NCBI GenBank assembly: GCA_036785375.1
Contig: JAWMAR010000019.1
Span: forward strand, 248,001 to 312,000
From: Leucoraja ocellata
Taxonomy: Eukaryota
DNA length: 64,000 bases
Direction: 5' to 3'
Below are positions 1 through 13,170 of the stretch, one piece after another (the first letter of the stretch is position 1; every line of letters starts with the position of its first letter). The notes under the pieces are model-generated. The model ran no database searches. It was not told where the DNA came from and was given only the letters and a program-made list of their open reading frames with translations. Made by a program: the position numbers and the translations under genes.

Positions 1-1515
1 AGTGATTTATAGGGTGCACCTTGCACCTCAGTCTTTAGATTGGTTAACAGCAGTGCATGTTTCAAGTCTTCCAAGTGTTCACAACCTTAGATCATAGTCA
101 GTAAATTAAGCCGCTTTACGACGAGGCTAAATGATGACAATAGTGTTACTGAACAAACGCCTGGAACTCCATGGCTACCACCGAAGCGCGTCTGGAGAAA
201 GTTGGAATCACAGCAATGGAAGGCACCGAAGAAGGCCATTTGGCCCATCGCCACCAGGCGTGCTATATTTTGCACTAGGTTTTTTTTTGTGGGTGGTGGT
301 GGTGGTTGTATCTCTTCCTTTACATCCAAAAACGAGCAGTGAAACGAAGCACAGATAGAAGGTTAGAGATGTCACCGCGTTTCGATAATCGACATTGTCC
401 TTCTGCTGAGTTCAAACATAGTTATTCGGCTGCTTATGTCTACACCAGCTCATTTAATACGTTTTGTCACGTTTAATATTTAATGATTGATATTTGTGAG
501 ACTTCGGTTATGTGGGATGTTATTCGGAATGCTGGATACATTCTCCCAACGGGTCTGCCCCCTCCTCCACCCTCCAGTTCAATGGCACGATCTTTACGAA
601 GTGGTTACTTTATTGGGGGGGGTGGGAGGGGGGTCTCCACTTCACAAAATGTAGCATAAATATACATCGAAACACAATTCCTCTGTAGATTAAAAGTTGG
701 ACGGAAATTCTGTCTTTTTCAGCGAGTGTCCTGTAATCCGAGGGAATTTCTGTTTACTCTTCAGTCCCGAAACACAGATTAATCAGGTTTTGTAGAGTTT
801 GTCAATCCAATTTCCCCTGGATTTATAATTATCTGTGCATTTGGGAGCTTTGGAGAAGCGAGACTGTGATTAATGGAATTCTATGGAGCTCAGTGCTCGC
901 CATGTGCGCATCCCCAGGGAGAGGATCTGCCTGTCAGAGAGAGCAACACAACCCACAACTCACTGGGATTTGGGCAATAATTATCACATGGATAACAAGA
1001 GGGAAAACTACCTTTATCTCATGCACGGGCCGCAAATAGCACCGGGAGAAAATGTAGGGTCTCATGCACAGTGACGGCTGTAGTACCGATGGTATATCTA
1101 TCATTTATTACGAAATTATTCACACAGCCACATTTGAACAAGAAGATGTTTGAAATGAAATGTCATAATTTAATTTCACAGATGGTTAAAAAAAACTCGT
1201 AATTTTTTATTACAAACATAGTTCACTTTTCGCGACTAAATTATATCCCCACAAATGCCACCACAAATAAAGCAAACGCTGTTTCCACGGAAGTCTCCAA
1301 ATCTAAAACAAAAGAAAAGCTTGGAATAATATTTTGAAGAAATTTCCTTTAACAGTACATTTTTAAAACTGCACATTATCACGTGCAATATTCTTCAGTA
1401 TTCACTGAATATAATTACATTAACGACACTCTGCTTTAACCCTTAGTTTTATTTTCATTTATATCAACTGCATGTACTATGAATGGATTTACCCGGAGAG
1501 CATATTCTAAAATAT

Positions 1516-1720
1516 GACAGACCCAAAATGCTGGAGAAAGTCAACAGGCCAGGCAGTATCTCTGGAGCGAAGGAATGGGTGAGGTTTCGGGTCGAGACCC
1601 TTCCTCAGACCCGAACGTCACCCATTCCTTTGTTCCAGAGATGCTGCCTGTCCCGCTGAGTTACTCCGACATTTTGTGTCTGTCTAGGATTTAAACCAGC
1701 ATCTGCAGTTCCTTCCTATC
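1516..1720. mobile_element. PLE-derived palindromic short insertion with hammerhead-like motif
   Basis: Left arm aaaatgctggag...gtttcgggtcgagacccttcctcagac is the reverse complement of the right arm gtcacccattcc...gatgctgcctgtcccgctgagttactcc...cattttgtgtc. Confidence 0.8.
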
Positions 1721-2545
1721 CAGATATTAAAATAAGTTGTTTTGCACCGATAAATTAATTTTAGTCGCAATTTCCAAACTTTTTTAAAATTAGAAAGAAG
1801 TTTGAATTCACGTGGTCGTAATTCCAGCCAAACACACTGTGTTTTATTTAATGTAGCTCTATGATGTATAGACGAAAACAACGCGTGAATATTGAGGCAA
1901 TACCGGTGCCGGCCGATGTTTTGTTAACACGCTGCTTGTGCAGATTAATTGTAAAGATATGGTCTAAAACTATGTCAAGCAAATACAAAGCAAGTCTCTC
2001 AACTGGCTCTGTGTTTCAGTATCCCGCCTCGACTCTACCTCACGAACCAATCATTAGAAATGGTACAAAGTCCCCTAAATCCGGCTCTTCGATTTGCTGT
2101 GATGAAAACTGTAGAAAATGTTGCTAATATCCACTGGCCTGGAAAGAGTTAATGCAGGAACCTGCAACAAAAATCGCACGCAGCTTTTTCACAGGCGAGC
2201 TGTCAGTGCACAGAACTGGGAAAGTTTACAGATCCACAAAGTACGCCTTTCTTACAAATCAGATCAGACAATTTTCCTTAAGATGTAAAAATGCACATTT
2301 TGCTCCACATTCTCCCTCGTATTCTGTAAATTTATGTTAATATTTTCGCGACTTGCCTCAAATCTTACATCTGGCTGGTCAAATCAAAGCATTTGACTTT
2401 ATTCCACTGGCCTGCTCGTTTTGCATTTTTTTTTAAAGCTAAAAGCAGGAGTTATTTTTTGAAAATACTGACAGGTGTTGCAGCATTCAAACGTGCAACG
2501 TGAAGGTGATTTTTTTTGGTTGTTGCGGAGCATGTTAATGTGTCC

Positions 2546-2768
2546 AAAAGAAATACAGACTGAGAGAGAAACTTAGCAGGTCAGGCAGCATCTGTAAAGG
2601 GTAATGGATAGGCGACATTTCGGGTCGGGACCATTCTTCAGACTAAGAAGGGTCCGACTCGAAACGTCGTCTGTCCATTTCCCTCCACAGATGCTGCCTT
2701 AGTTCATCCGTCAGTCTGTTTGTTATTTTGGATTAAGGTCCCAGCATCTGTAGTATTCTGTGTCTCCA
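2546..2768. mobile_element. PLE-derived palindromic short insertion
   Basis: Inverted arms meeting at ttcttcagactaagaag (2634-2650); gaaacgtc retained. Confidence 0.75.
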
Positions 2769-5700
2769 GGGTATTGTATCCCTTTAGACGGGTCCCGGAC
2801 TGGTTGGTAGGCACACTGTTATAAACGTTTCTTCCAACTGGTCAGAACTACAAACAACGCAGAAATAAACTGAAGAAGACAACGGTAGATGTGCTCCGAT
2901 ATGAAGCCCTTCACATTAGTTTAGATATTTGTTTGACTCGCAGCTCTTTGTCTTTTGTGATTTTATCTAAATACATTGCTAACGTTGGCCCTGAATTCAA
3001 AACGACAGATTTTCATTTGCATTATATAAAAGGATGTAATATGTATATATCATATAAAAATCCAATCATAATTCTCGGAGGAAATATTCCAACCTGCAGT
3101 GTTACATAATGTCAATATATATACTATTACTTATGCCCCATTTCTATACAATTGGCATTTATTCTCAGAGCCAGAATAACTTTAGAGGAGCCACTTGAAG
3201 CAATAAAAGATATTCTCTTTTATTTGAGTTTAAAAATGAAACAATCAGGTTAACGTTAGCAATACCCACTGAGGCCTTCTCAGTGTGTATATAATAAAAT
3301 AAAAAGTGACACTTGAGGGATAATTACCAAATAAATTCGGAACCCAAGTCTCTGAGTGTAGGAGGGTAGGATTGGCTAATGTTATATTAATGGAGACTGT
3401 CTCTCCCTCACACATACACACGTACACACCCAAACTGACATGCGTGATGTATATACATATATTCTAAATATAAACTAATCTGGGTGGAAATAAACCTATT
3501 GATGTTCATTATGGCTGCGTAAATAGGAACGTCCCACTTTACACCAAGGCCAAGTCGCTGAGGGGAAATGGAACGACAAAGCTTTATTTATATCGTTTTA
3601 ATGTATTGTAATCAGCTGGACCCACCCCGCAGCTATTGGCACGAGTGCATCTTCGATCAATTTAAGTTGGCTGGTTATATACACGCAGCCTATAGCTGAC
3701 TGCCTTTATGGTTTCCGATTCCCCATGAGAATTTAAAAAAACTGACACGCGTGTCCTAATTTACTGGGGCTCAAGTTAGGGGTCATACGATTACAATATC
3801 ATACCTTATCCCAGAATAGTAATATTAGATAAGCCTGTCTCAATCCAATTATAGCAAGGCTGATGAATACTGCGCAAACTTAACTAAGTTACATTAAATC
3901 TATGAGATCATATATAAACTGTTCTTCAATATTAGAGTAGCATGGAAAGAAAATCATATCCATTGCTATCTGGTCCTTCTATTCGTGCAGTAATCATCTT
4001 CAGTATCTGACCTCGTTACAAATAGATAATTCAAACATATTTCGGGGGGGGTGCGGGTTCATTTAGGCTCGCGAAGTTTTCACATTAAAAGTAAACTATC
4101 TCAAATGGTTGTAGCGTGCTTGGTAAACACATTTTTGTTGGAAATATTTATCAGCTCTTTCGCTCAGTTCGTTTAATGATAAGAATAAACGAAGATGGAA
4201 AGGCAAGAAAATGGCTGAAGAAACTTTTTTTTATTCCCTGATAATCGCTCTGCCCTTTGGACCTGGCTGGGATTCGCAGCCAGAGCAGAATAATGTTACC
4301 CCGCTGCACACGCAGTGAGATTGAGGATCTGAGCATTCAAAGGGTGTCGTGGACGGTTGTAAAAATGACAATAAATCACTGTAAATGACATATTAAATGT
4401 GTTATTTATTGTTTTGATGCCGCAAAGATCCGCACCATCCCAACATCTTATATAGGAATCACTTCAGGTAGTACATAGTCATTGAGTCGTACAGGTTATA
4501 CATTACACAAACGGGTCCTTCGGCCCACTAAGCCCGTGCCTACCTTTTTGCTCATTTACTCTAAATCCATTTGCTCACACTAGGTCAGCGCCTTTCTATA
4601 CGCTGCCTACCAAAATACTTGGCTATGTTCGACATTATTTTTTTTAACCGAGAAAGAGTTCTCAACTCGGTTGAAAAAATGTGAAGGAGTGTGGCACTAA
4701 AGAATATTAAAGCACATGTTCTTATTTCAAAGTCAGTTCTGATTTCAGGACGCTTCTCACATAACAATTTTCCACGCCCAAATCTGGGACTTCATTTTAA
4801 AAATACCGTGATGACAATAATTTACACGATATCGTGCTGACTATAACACAGGGAAATAACATGCGCGGTTACGTGACTGGCTGTAGAGGCAGTCGCCTAT
4901 CAATCAGCTTGAGTTACTTCTTTACAAATTATTCACATCTACCATTCAAATGTGCGCCCTCGTCACCTAATATAAGCAAACCACATCCTTTATGACTTAA
5001 GACCTACGTTTTTGGGGGGCGCCTGTGTGTTGGTGGCTGTTAGCTCTTGACAGAGAGAAAGAGAAAATATAGAAACGTGATACTACCAGAGAGGAGCACG
5101 GTGCGATGTATCAGCAGAAAGAGGCGGAACAAGAGAATATGGTTAAATAAAACTGCGAGTGGGAAATGAAAAAAGGACGTTGCACAGGGGAAAAAAACTG
5201 ATTAAAAACCGTTCCTATCATTGTCAGGGATTTTGTTTGGGAAATTTACGCGAAGTGCAGTAAAAACAAAACATAAACTACCGATAACGATTCAGGGTTA
5301 GGAGGGAGAGACTTTCTCTGAAATCAGAGAGACAAAGAGAAAATGAAAAGAAAGGTGGGAAATGGATAAAGAAAATTGAGACACTTCTAACTTGAAAGAT
5401 AGAAACAGACCCGCAACACTGGGTAACAGGCGAACACGCGAGCTAGCAAGGGGAGGGGGGGGGAGGCGAGAGAGCGAGGAATTGGTGAAAAGAGAGGCAG
5501 TCAGGTAGAGTGGGCGAGACAGAGATGAAATTGTCCTGAGACAGAAAGGCGTTCAGACTGACTGCGTGACGTCAGGCACTTGCACTCGCCCGCCGGAAAG
5601 TTAGTCTCCCCGAGCCGCACTTTCAAAGCTGCGGAATTATCTCACTTTTAAATACGTCAAGGGCCGGTAACGTGATATAAGTAACTTAGTTCTCAACCGC

Positions 5701-7798
5701 TGTACCTCTCAAACGGATTTCACAGACTTGTACAATACAGGCAATAAGGTAGAGATAAATCTATGGTCTTTTTTTAAAGCAAAAACTTAATTCGCCAAGT
5801 TTTTTAAGAGAAATTATGTCTCGAATGTAACTTATCCGGTAGCTTTTATTCCCCGTCTCTACCAGACAATGGCGGGAATTGCAATAAACCAGATCTTAAT
5901 ATTTACCATTTTCACAGTCTCTGTATATTTACCAGCTTTTTTCATTCCTCTATTATAACAGTTAGATAGTATCGTTGAGTATTGTTGCTTCTATAATTGG
6001 AAAAGTTTACATGCAACCAAAGGCACAGATGTCCAAACAACCATCTGCAACATCAACCTACGCAGCGGCGAGAAAAGACGAGGGAAGTGGGGTCATGTTA
6101 GAAACGACAGATTAGATGCCCGGTACTTAATAATTTGATTAAAAAAGAACAATGCTGGATAGCTCATTTAAGGCCCTGAACTCAACTCAATGTTTTTGCT
6201 GTGATCAAGGTATTTCTAGTTGAATCTCGAACACTTCACTATCCATTATCAACAATACTTCCATAACAACTATTTTAAATCGTGCACGATCTTATCTTTA
6301 AAAAGGCTCGATTGAAAGCGCTCCAGAACTAGCTTACAGTTTATCCTGCGCTGGTCTCTATCAGTTTATTACTGCCATTAACACGCTAATTTCGCATTAA
6401 ATAATATTTCTTGCCCCGAATATCCTTGGAGGGCGTCAAAATAGTAAATTGATTCATTCTGGACAGTGCCCCCATTTAAACAAAAAAAAAAGTATAAATT
6501 GGTATTTATTATCTGGAGACGTGATTACATTTAAGATTCATAAGAAACTATTCCTGATGGTCGGCAGTGAACAGTTTCAATCGAATTGCCAATGACAATG
6601 ACAAAGGGAAGAAAAAAAAAGAGCAGTTTGAATGTGTGGACACGTCGCCCTGAAGTTTAAAACTGGTTTGTGTCGGTAATAGGGACAATACAAACAACTT
6701 TGAACCCATATGGCCGGTGTCTGGCGCGGAAGTACAGGACCTTGCGCCTCTGCCGACTCGTCTCTGTTCCGCTGGTCACGGTGTTTGTCTGCACGTGTCT
6801 GTCTCTGCGCTGTACGTGACCGTCAGTCCTGCCAACTAGTTTTTTTTTCACTTGCCAAGCACCCGTTTAAAAAAAAATGACATTTAACTAGTTCTACAAA
6901 GTCGGAATAGAAATATGCAAATTGAATGATAAATTGGTCGATGCATCTGGAAATGTTATCTAATTAGGGCGTAAGAATTTTAATCTTTGTAGCGAGCAGG
7001 TCAAATAATTACCGTTAATTTTACGCCCAAATTATCTTTCATTGATTTGTATTCTCTTAAATGTAGTTTGGCAGGAAATCATGATCCATACCAATAGATG
7101 TTATTTTATGTGTGAACACGGTGGGCCTCAGAGTGAATTATTGCAACCCTCCCCATACAAATAACTAGATCGCATCATGTATGCATTATTAAGCCATGTA
7201 ATTGAATGTTCCATAGTTTGCATATCAAACTATTAAAATAATGTGTTTTTCTTTTCTTCCAACACGTAATGTTGAAGCCTCCGCGTCTATTTTGTGACTC
7301 TGATAATTATGATCTAATTAGAGTAAATGTTCTCTTCATTTGGACGAGATTTTCCCAAGATTTTTGCATTTCCAGCCCGTCACGGTGCAGCCTGTGACGT
7401 ACTTTGTTTCTGGAATCAATTACTTTGCACATATTTATTGTTGCTCCTGATCTTACTTTTACCAGGAGAAAATAAAGCAGTTCATTATTGTTTTCGCCAG
7501 TCTTTCCTTCACCACGCCAATATTAAGAAATTAAACAACATAATATATTTATATCCATACTTTAAGAAACAAGATTTGTTTTTAAAACGCCAAATGTAGT
7601 CTTCAGCACGACACTCTATTTCCATTACAAATAATATAATGTACTTGGGGCAATATAACTCTCATATCTACAAACAGTAAGTAAAAGTTAGAGCAATGAA
7701 TTACTAGAATATATCATTGAATGAATGTTATCTATCAGTTAATTGGGGCAATTCCGCTATCGAGGCTGTCTCTCCAACCCCATTATTGTCAATTGTTT

Positions 7799-8048
7799 NN
7801 NNNNNNNNNNNNNNNNNNNNNNNNNNNNNNNNNNNNNNNNNNNNNNNNNNNNNNNNNNNNNNNNNNNNNNNNNNNNNNNNNNNNNNNNNNNNNNNNNNNN
7901 NNNNNNNNNNNNNNNNNNNNNNNNNNNNNNNNNNNNNNNNNNNNNNNNNNNNNNNNNNNNNNNNNNNNNNNNNNNNNNNNNNNNNNNNNNNNNNNNNNNN
8001 NNNNNNNNNNNNNNNNNNNNNNNNNNNNNNNNNNNNNNNNNNNNNNNN
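7799..8048. other. Assembly gap (250 N)
   Basis: Run of N. Confidence 1.
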
Positions 8049-9444
8049 TCACAAGGTCAGTTTTTTTCTCATTACTATTTCATTATGGTATAAAAAGAAC
8101 TAACCGTTAAGTCATTTTGAAGCCATAGATATGCTGCTCGCAACCATCGCTTCTGCACTTTGAAACATCTTTAAGTTGAAGGCCTCTATTGCCTGCTTTC
8201 TGTTTTATATGGTATATTTTTTTTATTTCTGTTTAATGCGCCGCTAGAGCTTCTTCCACAGTGGTTACTTATTTTGTACAAGCTTTCATAGAGTTGCAAT
8301 ACAAAGCTAATTGCATCTCCATTGCAAAATAAGAGTCCCGAGGTTTAACGCAGAAGTTTTTAGTCATCAGACTGCACGAGTTAAAAGCAGAGCCTTTTCC
8401 ATCACGAAGCAAAGGCGACTTGTTACTTGATTCCTTGCTTTATCGTGGGGGCAAAGTTAAAGTTGGGATTTTCTTGATTCGGTGTTTGCTCCTCGAGAAA
8501 CCGAAAGAACGATATAACGTCAATCAGTATTAAAAACGCACACCACGCACCAAAAGTGGTGGCATTGAATGCATCTTTACAGCAGAACCTAAAAGTAAAT
8601 CTGCCTTTGTCACGAAGAATATTATTTATTATTGATTGTCATTGTCAGAGGTTGCCTTTCCCCTCGCGGACTCGGCAATAGATTTTTGTTAATACTTAAG
8701 ACATTGCGACTGATTAATCGACATGCAGCGAGCTCGTTCCACGCATGAAGTCGGGCCGGTGTGTTTATTTTTAATCATTTACTGTGTTGATTTTTCGCCC
8801 ATTGGCCGAGAGCGAAACGGTATCGCCGCCCCCGCTCTCTGAGCTGGACTTTTATTTTGGCTGAGGCTCGCCCACTTCCAAGAGTTTAAAAGAAGCCTTC
8901 AGATGTGCGAGGACACCCAAACACAGCTTCAGTGTGAGCTTTGTTACTTCAGTTCTGCTCTTCACTATAGCAACGCCGAGCGTCTCGTCAAAAATGCACT
9001 TTCTCGGCACAATGGGACATGCTGCGGGAGCCCAGAAAGAGACGCATCTGTTACATTTATTTCTCAAATTGCTGCACCATCTAGCTCAGGCAAAAAAAAA
9101 GGGGGGGGGGGGGGGGGGAGAGTAAAATACATCACACTTTTCGAGATTCACAGAGTGTGTTATATACATTTTGCAAATAGAGTTATATTTAAAAAATGTG
9201 TCAGTGTACAGCAACTGAATGAATTGAAAGACAGATTTGCAGGTGCCGAAATAACAACAGAAGCACTAGAAAACATTCAGCTGGTCAGGCAGCAGCTGTG
9301 GAGAAGGATACAGGGTCCACCAAGTTGTAGGTCGACGATGTTACCCCGGGGGAATTCCGAATCAAACAATTGCAGAGAAATGGGTTTGAGGGGGGGGGGG
9401 GGGGGGTCGTGGGAGTGAGGGGTGTACGATAAGTAACGATAAGG

Positions 9445-9577
9445 AAACAGAAGGAACTGCAGGTGCTATAATCTTACATAGAACACAAAGTGTTGGAGTA
9501 ATTCAACGGGTCTGGCAGCCTCTCTGGAAGACATGGATAGGCGGCGTTTCGGGTCGGAACACTTCATTAGACAGCGT
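9445..9577 (-). mobile_element. PLE terminal-repeat copy
   Basis: gaactgcagg...acacaaagtgttggagtaattcaacgggtctggcagc...gcgtttcgggtcgg, same family. Confidence 0.7.
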
Positions 9578-9589
9578 AGGGAATGTGAA

Positions 9590-9687
9590 GGTACACAAAA
9601 ATGCTGGAGAAACTCAGCGGGTGCAGCAGCATCTATGGAGCGAAGGAAATGGGCAACGGTTCGTGCCGAAACCCTTCTTCAGACTGT
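9590..9687 (-). mobile_element. 98-bp PLE-derived unit with 10-bp TSD
   Basis: TSD ggaatgtgaa at 9580-9589 and 9688-9697; near-identical to 57940-58036 in the opposite orientation. Confidence 0.85.
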
Positions 9688-10984
9688 GGAATGTGAATGT
9701 CTGTAATAGGATGGCCATTCAAGTAAACTAAATAACACAAGCGATTGCAGTCCGAGTTGAAAGAGGGTCGGTTTGTGAAGGTTTGTTAATCGCAGATGGT
9801 CTGTTTGGATGAGCTGTGAAAAGTAGGAGACGAATGAGAACAAGATAATGCTTGGGTTTGTGAAAACTCACCATCTCTGACACACACCGGAAAAGCTAAA
9901 ACGGCACGAAGTTCACTATGTTAAGAATTGCCATCAAAAGTCTCGGTACAACTAGTAATGTGCTGCGGAATCGGGGAAGTTACCTTGGGGCTCGAAAAAT
10001 AAAGTTATCTTTGGTGTCTACAATGTGTATTTAATTGAATATAGCATCCGAAAAGCAATCATCTCCATTCTATCGGCCTAAGCAGACAGCTCCTGCATGG
10101 GTCAATGCAAACTAGTGGATGGAATGACATCATCAATGAAAAGGCTTTTCAAGTGGGGCATTGCCCAGGCTCTGATTTCCATTCATAACGTGTAGGTAGT
10201 ACGGGAAAGTGATTTGTGGTTTAAAGGCTGCATGAGAAAACGCAATAACAATTCAACACTGATATCAGTACGTTTCATTGTTTTTTTTAAATCAGATTTA
10301 TTTTCGAAACCCCACTTGGAAATAAAAAATCGACTTACTTAAGAATATGTTGAGCCTGTGCACTGAATGAAACAGACATATGTGCAATAAAGCCGTTCAA
10401 AACAGTCATTACGTCAGCACACAATGCAAATCTGACTGCCCCGCTGCAGGAATTTAAATGCTCTCGCTAATTTGCCGAACATCGGTTTGGCATTTCATTA
10501 GATTCTCTTTCTATTTTCCACGAGGCGGGTGGAGTGACGGGGGCGACAGATGTAAGTAACTAGTTTTTGTATCAATTACATAATTAATTCCGAGTCTGGG
10601 TGTACAAGATCTGTGCAATGCATAAGAAACTACTTCAGGAGAATTCGAGTAAAGGTTGGGACTGACATGAAAACGTACTGGTCTATTCTTCCAGGGAGAC
10701 CAATTGGGACAAGTCTAATAAGAGTCTGGTTCGGCACTTCCGGTTTGACGCTTTGTAAGCATCTGTCTGTCTATGATGTAACTAGGAGTAGATTGCAAAT
10801 GCACTTTCCCAAACGGGTGTGTGTTGCCAATGCACCGAATGTGTGGCTTTGCATAGCTGCTAGTTATGTGCATTACGGAAAATGAATACGATAACAGACG
10901 CCGATAAACTTTGTTTAAAATGCACCATATAATTGCATTTTGAAAAAGAATGTATTAATTCAGGCAAGAAAATCAAAGGTAGAT

Positions 10985-11160
10985 CGATAGACACAAAATG
11001 CTGGAGTAACTCGGCGGATCGGGCAGCATCTCTGGAGAGAAGTCTGAAGAAGGGTCTTGACCCGAAACGTCACCAATTCCCTTTCTCCTGACCCGCTGAG
11101 TTACTCCAACATTGTGTGTCTATCTTTGGTGTAAATCAGCGTCTGCAGTCCGTCCTGCAT
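10985..11160. mobile_element. PLE-derived palindromic short insertion
   Basis: gatagacacaaaatgctggagtaactc... inverted to ...gagttactccaacattgtgtgtctatc; contains the best-preserved hammerhead core. Confidence 0.8.
11044..11071 (+). ncRNA. Minimal type I hammerhead ribozyme motif (PLE type)
   Basis: CTGAAGA (11044-11050), one extra A, stem GGGTC-TT-GACCC (11052-11063), GAAAC-GTC. Helix III is reduced to palindromic ACGT and the cleavage triplet is GUC. Helix I is only about 2 bp, so activity is unproven. Confidence 0.6.
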
Positions 11161-11844
11161 AAGAATATCATAGGGACGCTTTGAAACGACAGTCAATGTG
11201 AAACTGGCCACTTTATCATTATATCTTTAAGATTCTTGCTTGATTCATTCCTGTCGTCATATTGTCTAAAAAGAGAGAAATTTAAAAAAATTAAAAGTAC
11301 GTATACGGAGACAGTATTTTAGTCGATAAATTATCACAAATAAAGTAAATGCATTAATGTTAAAGATGATCAAAACCTGCTAAGCGGTTGCCCGAGGAGG
11401 TAGTCTTATTTTCTGATTTTGCTGTTCACTCTCTATTGCCTGCGGATGTGTTTAAACGAGGACAGAAGGCTCTTAAATAAACCAGCTGAGAAACTTCCTG
11501 CATCGGAAAGACGCGGACTACCTCACAGATCACTGTGCAGTTCAAAGGTTTGGGGCCTTTTTAAAACCCCTGTCACGTCACAGTTTGTAGCCTTGTATTT
11601 GAACAGCTGCTCTGGGGGGGGGGGGGGGGGGGTGAACAGAAGCGAATACACCAAACTCTGTCTGTACGGCTGCAATACCCTGCAACCTGCTCTAGCCGAG
11701 GCTGTACCTCACTCGGCCGCTGTATTACGCGCCCGGACTCCAAGGAATAAGATATCAGAAGGGATTGCACGTGTGCCTATCATATCCGTTTCGCCGAACA
11801 CCTGCACTCCCTCCGCCAAAGCCTACTGTATCTCCTCGTTGTAT

Positions 11845-12230
11845 AGTTCAATTGCGTGGAAATAGGCCCAACGGCCCAACTTGCCCACACCGTCCAACAT
11901 GTCCCATCTATAATAGTCCCATCTGCCTGCGTTTAGGCCATATTCCTCTAAAACTATCCTATCCATGTACCTGTCCAAATGTTTCTGAAACTTTGCGATA
12001 GCACCTGCCTCAACGACCTCATCTGGCTGCTCGCTGCATACACCCACCACCCTTAGTGTAAAAAAGTTACCCCTCGGATTCCTATTAAATCTTTCTCATC
12101 TCACCATAAACCTGTTCTCTTGTTCTTTTTATTCCCCTACTCTGGGCAGGAGGCTCTGCGTTTACCCAATCATCTCCTCTGACGATTTTGTACACGTCTA
12201 AGATCACCCTGCATCCTCCTCCGCTCTATT
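11845..12230 (-). mobile_element. CR1 LINE 3' end
   Basis: ORF 11823-12050 (..EVVEAGAIAKFQKHLDRYMD..YGLNAGRWD) matches the CR1 ORF2 C-terminus. Confidence 0.85.
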
Positions 12231-12467
12231 GACTACTATTTTAATTCCTCTTTCCATTACCGTACCCTCCTCCTCCATTGCCAGTGTGAGGCCAGGCACA
12301 AACTGGAAACGCAGCACCTCATCGCTTGGGTAGCATGCAACCCAATGGTATGAAAATAGAATTATCCAATTTCAGGTAACTAATTGAAGGTCACTAGTTA
12401 TGCCTCTTCCCCTTTTCCCCTCTCTTGCCTGTGCCCCACCTGAATATGTCACCATTTCTCACAAATC

Positions 12468-12640
12468 AGAAACGTAGAAAATAGGTGCAGGAGTAGGCCA
12501 TTCGGCCTTTCGAGCCAGCACCGCCATTCAATATGATCATGGCTGATCATCCAAAATCAGTATCCCGTTGCGGCTTTCCCCCCATATCCATTGATTCCCT
12601 TAGCCCTAAGAGATAAATCTAACTAACTCGCTTGAAAATA
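12468..12640 (-). mobile_element. CR1 LINE 3' end nested in the PLE
   Basis: tagaaaataggtgcaggagtaggccattcggcc...tgatcatggctgatc; reverse complement of the ends at 52690-52874 and 55100-55249. Confidence 0.8.
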
Positions 12641-12898
12641 AAACAATATTCCACCCCCTTCCCGCTTCCCACTCGTACCTCCAGCCCCTTACCCCATCAC
12701 CTAGCCTCACTAGTTATGCCTCTTCCCCCCATTATCTCACGGTCTTCCTCTCTTCTCTACCCTTTATTCACCCATCTCTCAATCAAACCCCCCTCTCCCC
12801 CCCCCCCAACTGTATCCACTAATCACTTGTCTGGTTTTGTCCAGCCTCCACTTCTTTTCCAACTCTTCCCCCCCACCCCCCACCCCCTCATCTACAAT

Positions 12899-13096
12899 CT
12901 TCTTCTTGCGTTTGAGGCATCAGAAGTCTGCAGCAGGGTGATGCCATCCGGTTCGACATCCATAGGTGCACGCCCTAAAAAGGGCACTTGGGTGGCGCCG
13001 AGCAGCGGCACTGCTGCTGTCTCTGTTTGTTGTCGTTCACCTGACTGAGGTCAGTTGACAGGGCTCACCACTTGGATGTCGACAACATGAGCCCAC
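12899..13096 (-). mobile_element. 5'-truncated retroposon with (GAA)n tail, family uncertain
   Basis: Perfect 10-bp TSD catctacaat (12889-12898, 13097-13106); minus strand ends ...aaacgcaagaagaag. Confidence 0.7.
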
Positions 13097-13170
13097 CATC
13101 TACAATTAGTCTGAAGAAGGAACATCGCCTCGTCACGTTCTCTGGAGATGCTGCCTGACCCGCTGAGTCA

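Noticed and set aside
1516-1720. Long hairpins as pre-miRNAs, MITEs or CRISPR-like repeats
   Set aside because: The arms are the PLE 3' terminal repeat, TSDs are variable 10-13 bp, and copies are dispersed with no spacer array; the DNA is eukaryotic.
7717-8110. Long ORFs crossing N runs (also 33157-33793)
   Set aside because: Artefacts of assembly gaps.
8903-9418. 171-aa ORF downstream of a CCAAT/GC patch
   Set aside because: Runs through poly-A/poly-G tracts and a PLE relic; no homology recognised.
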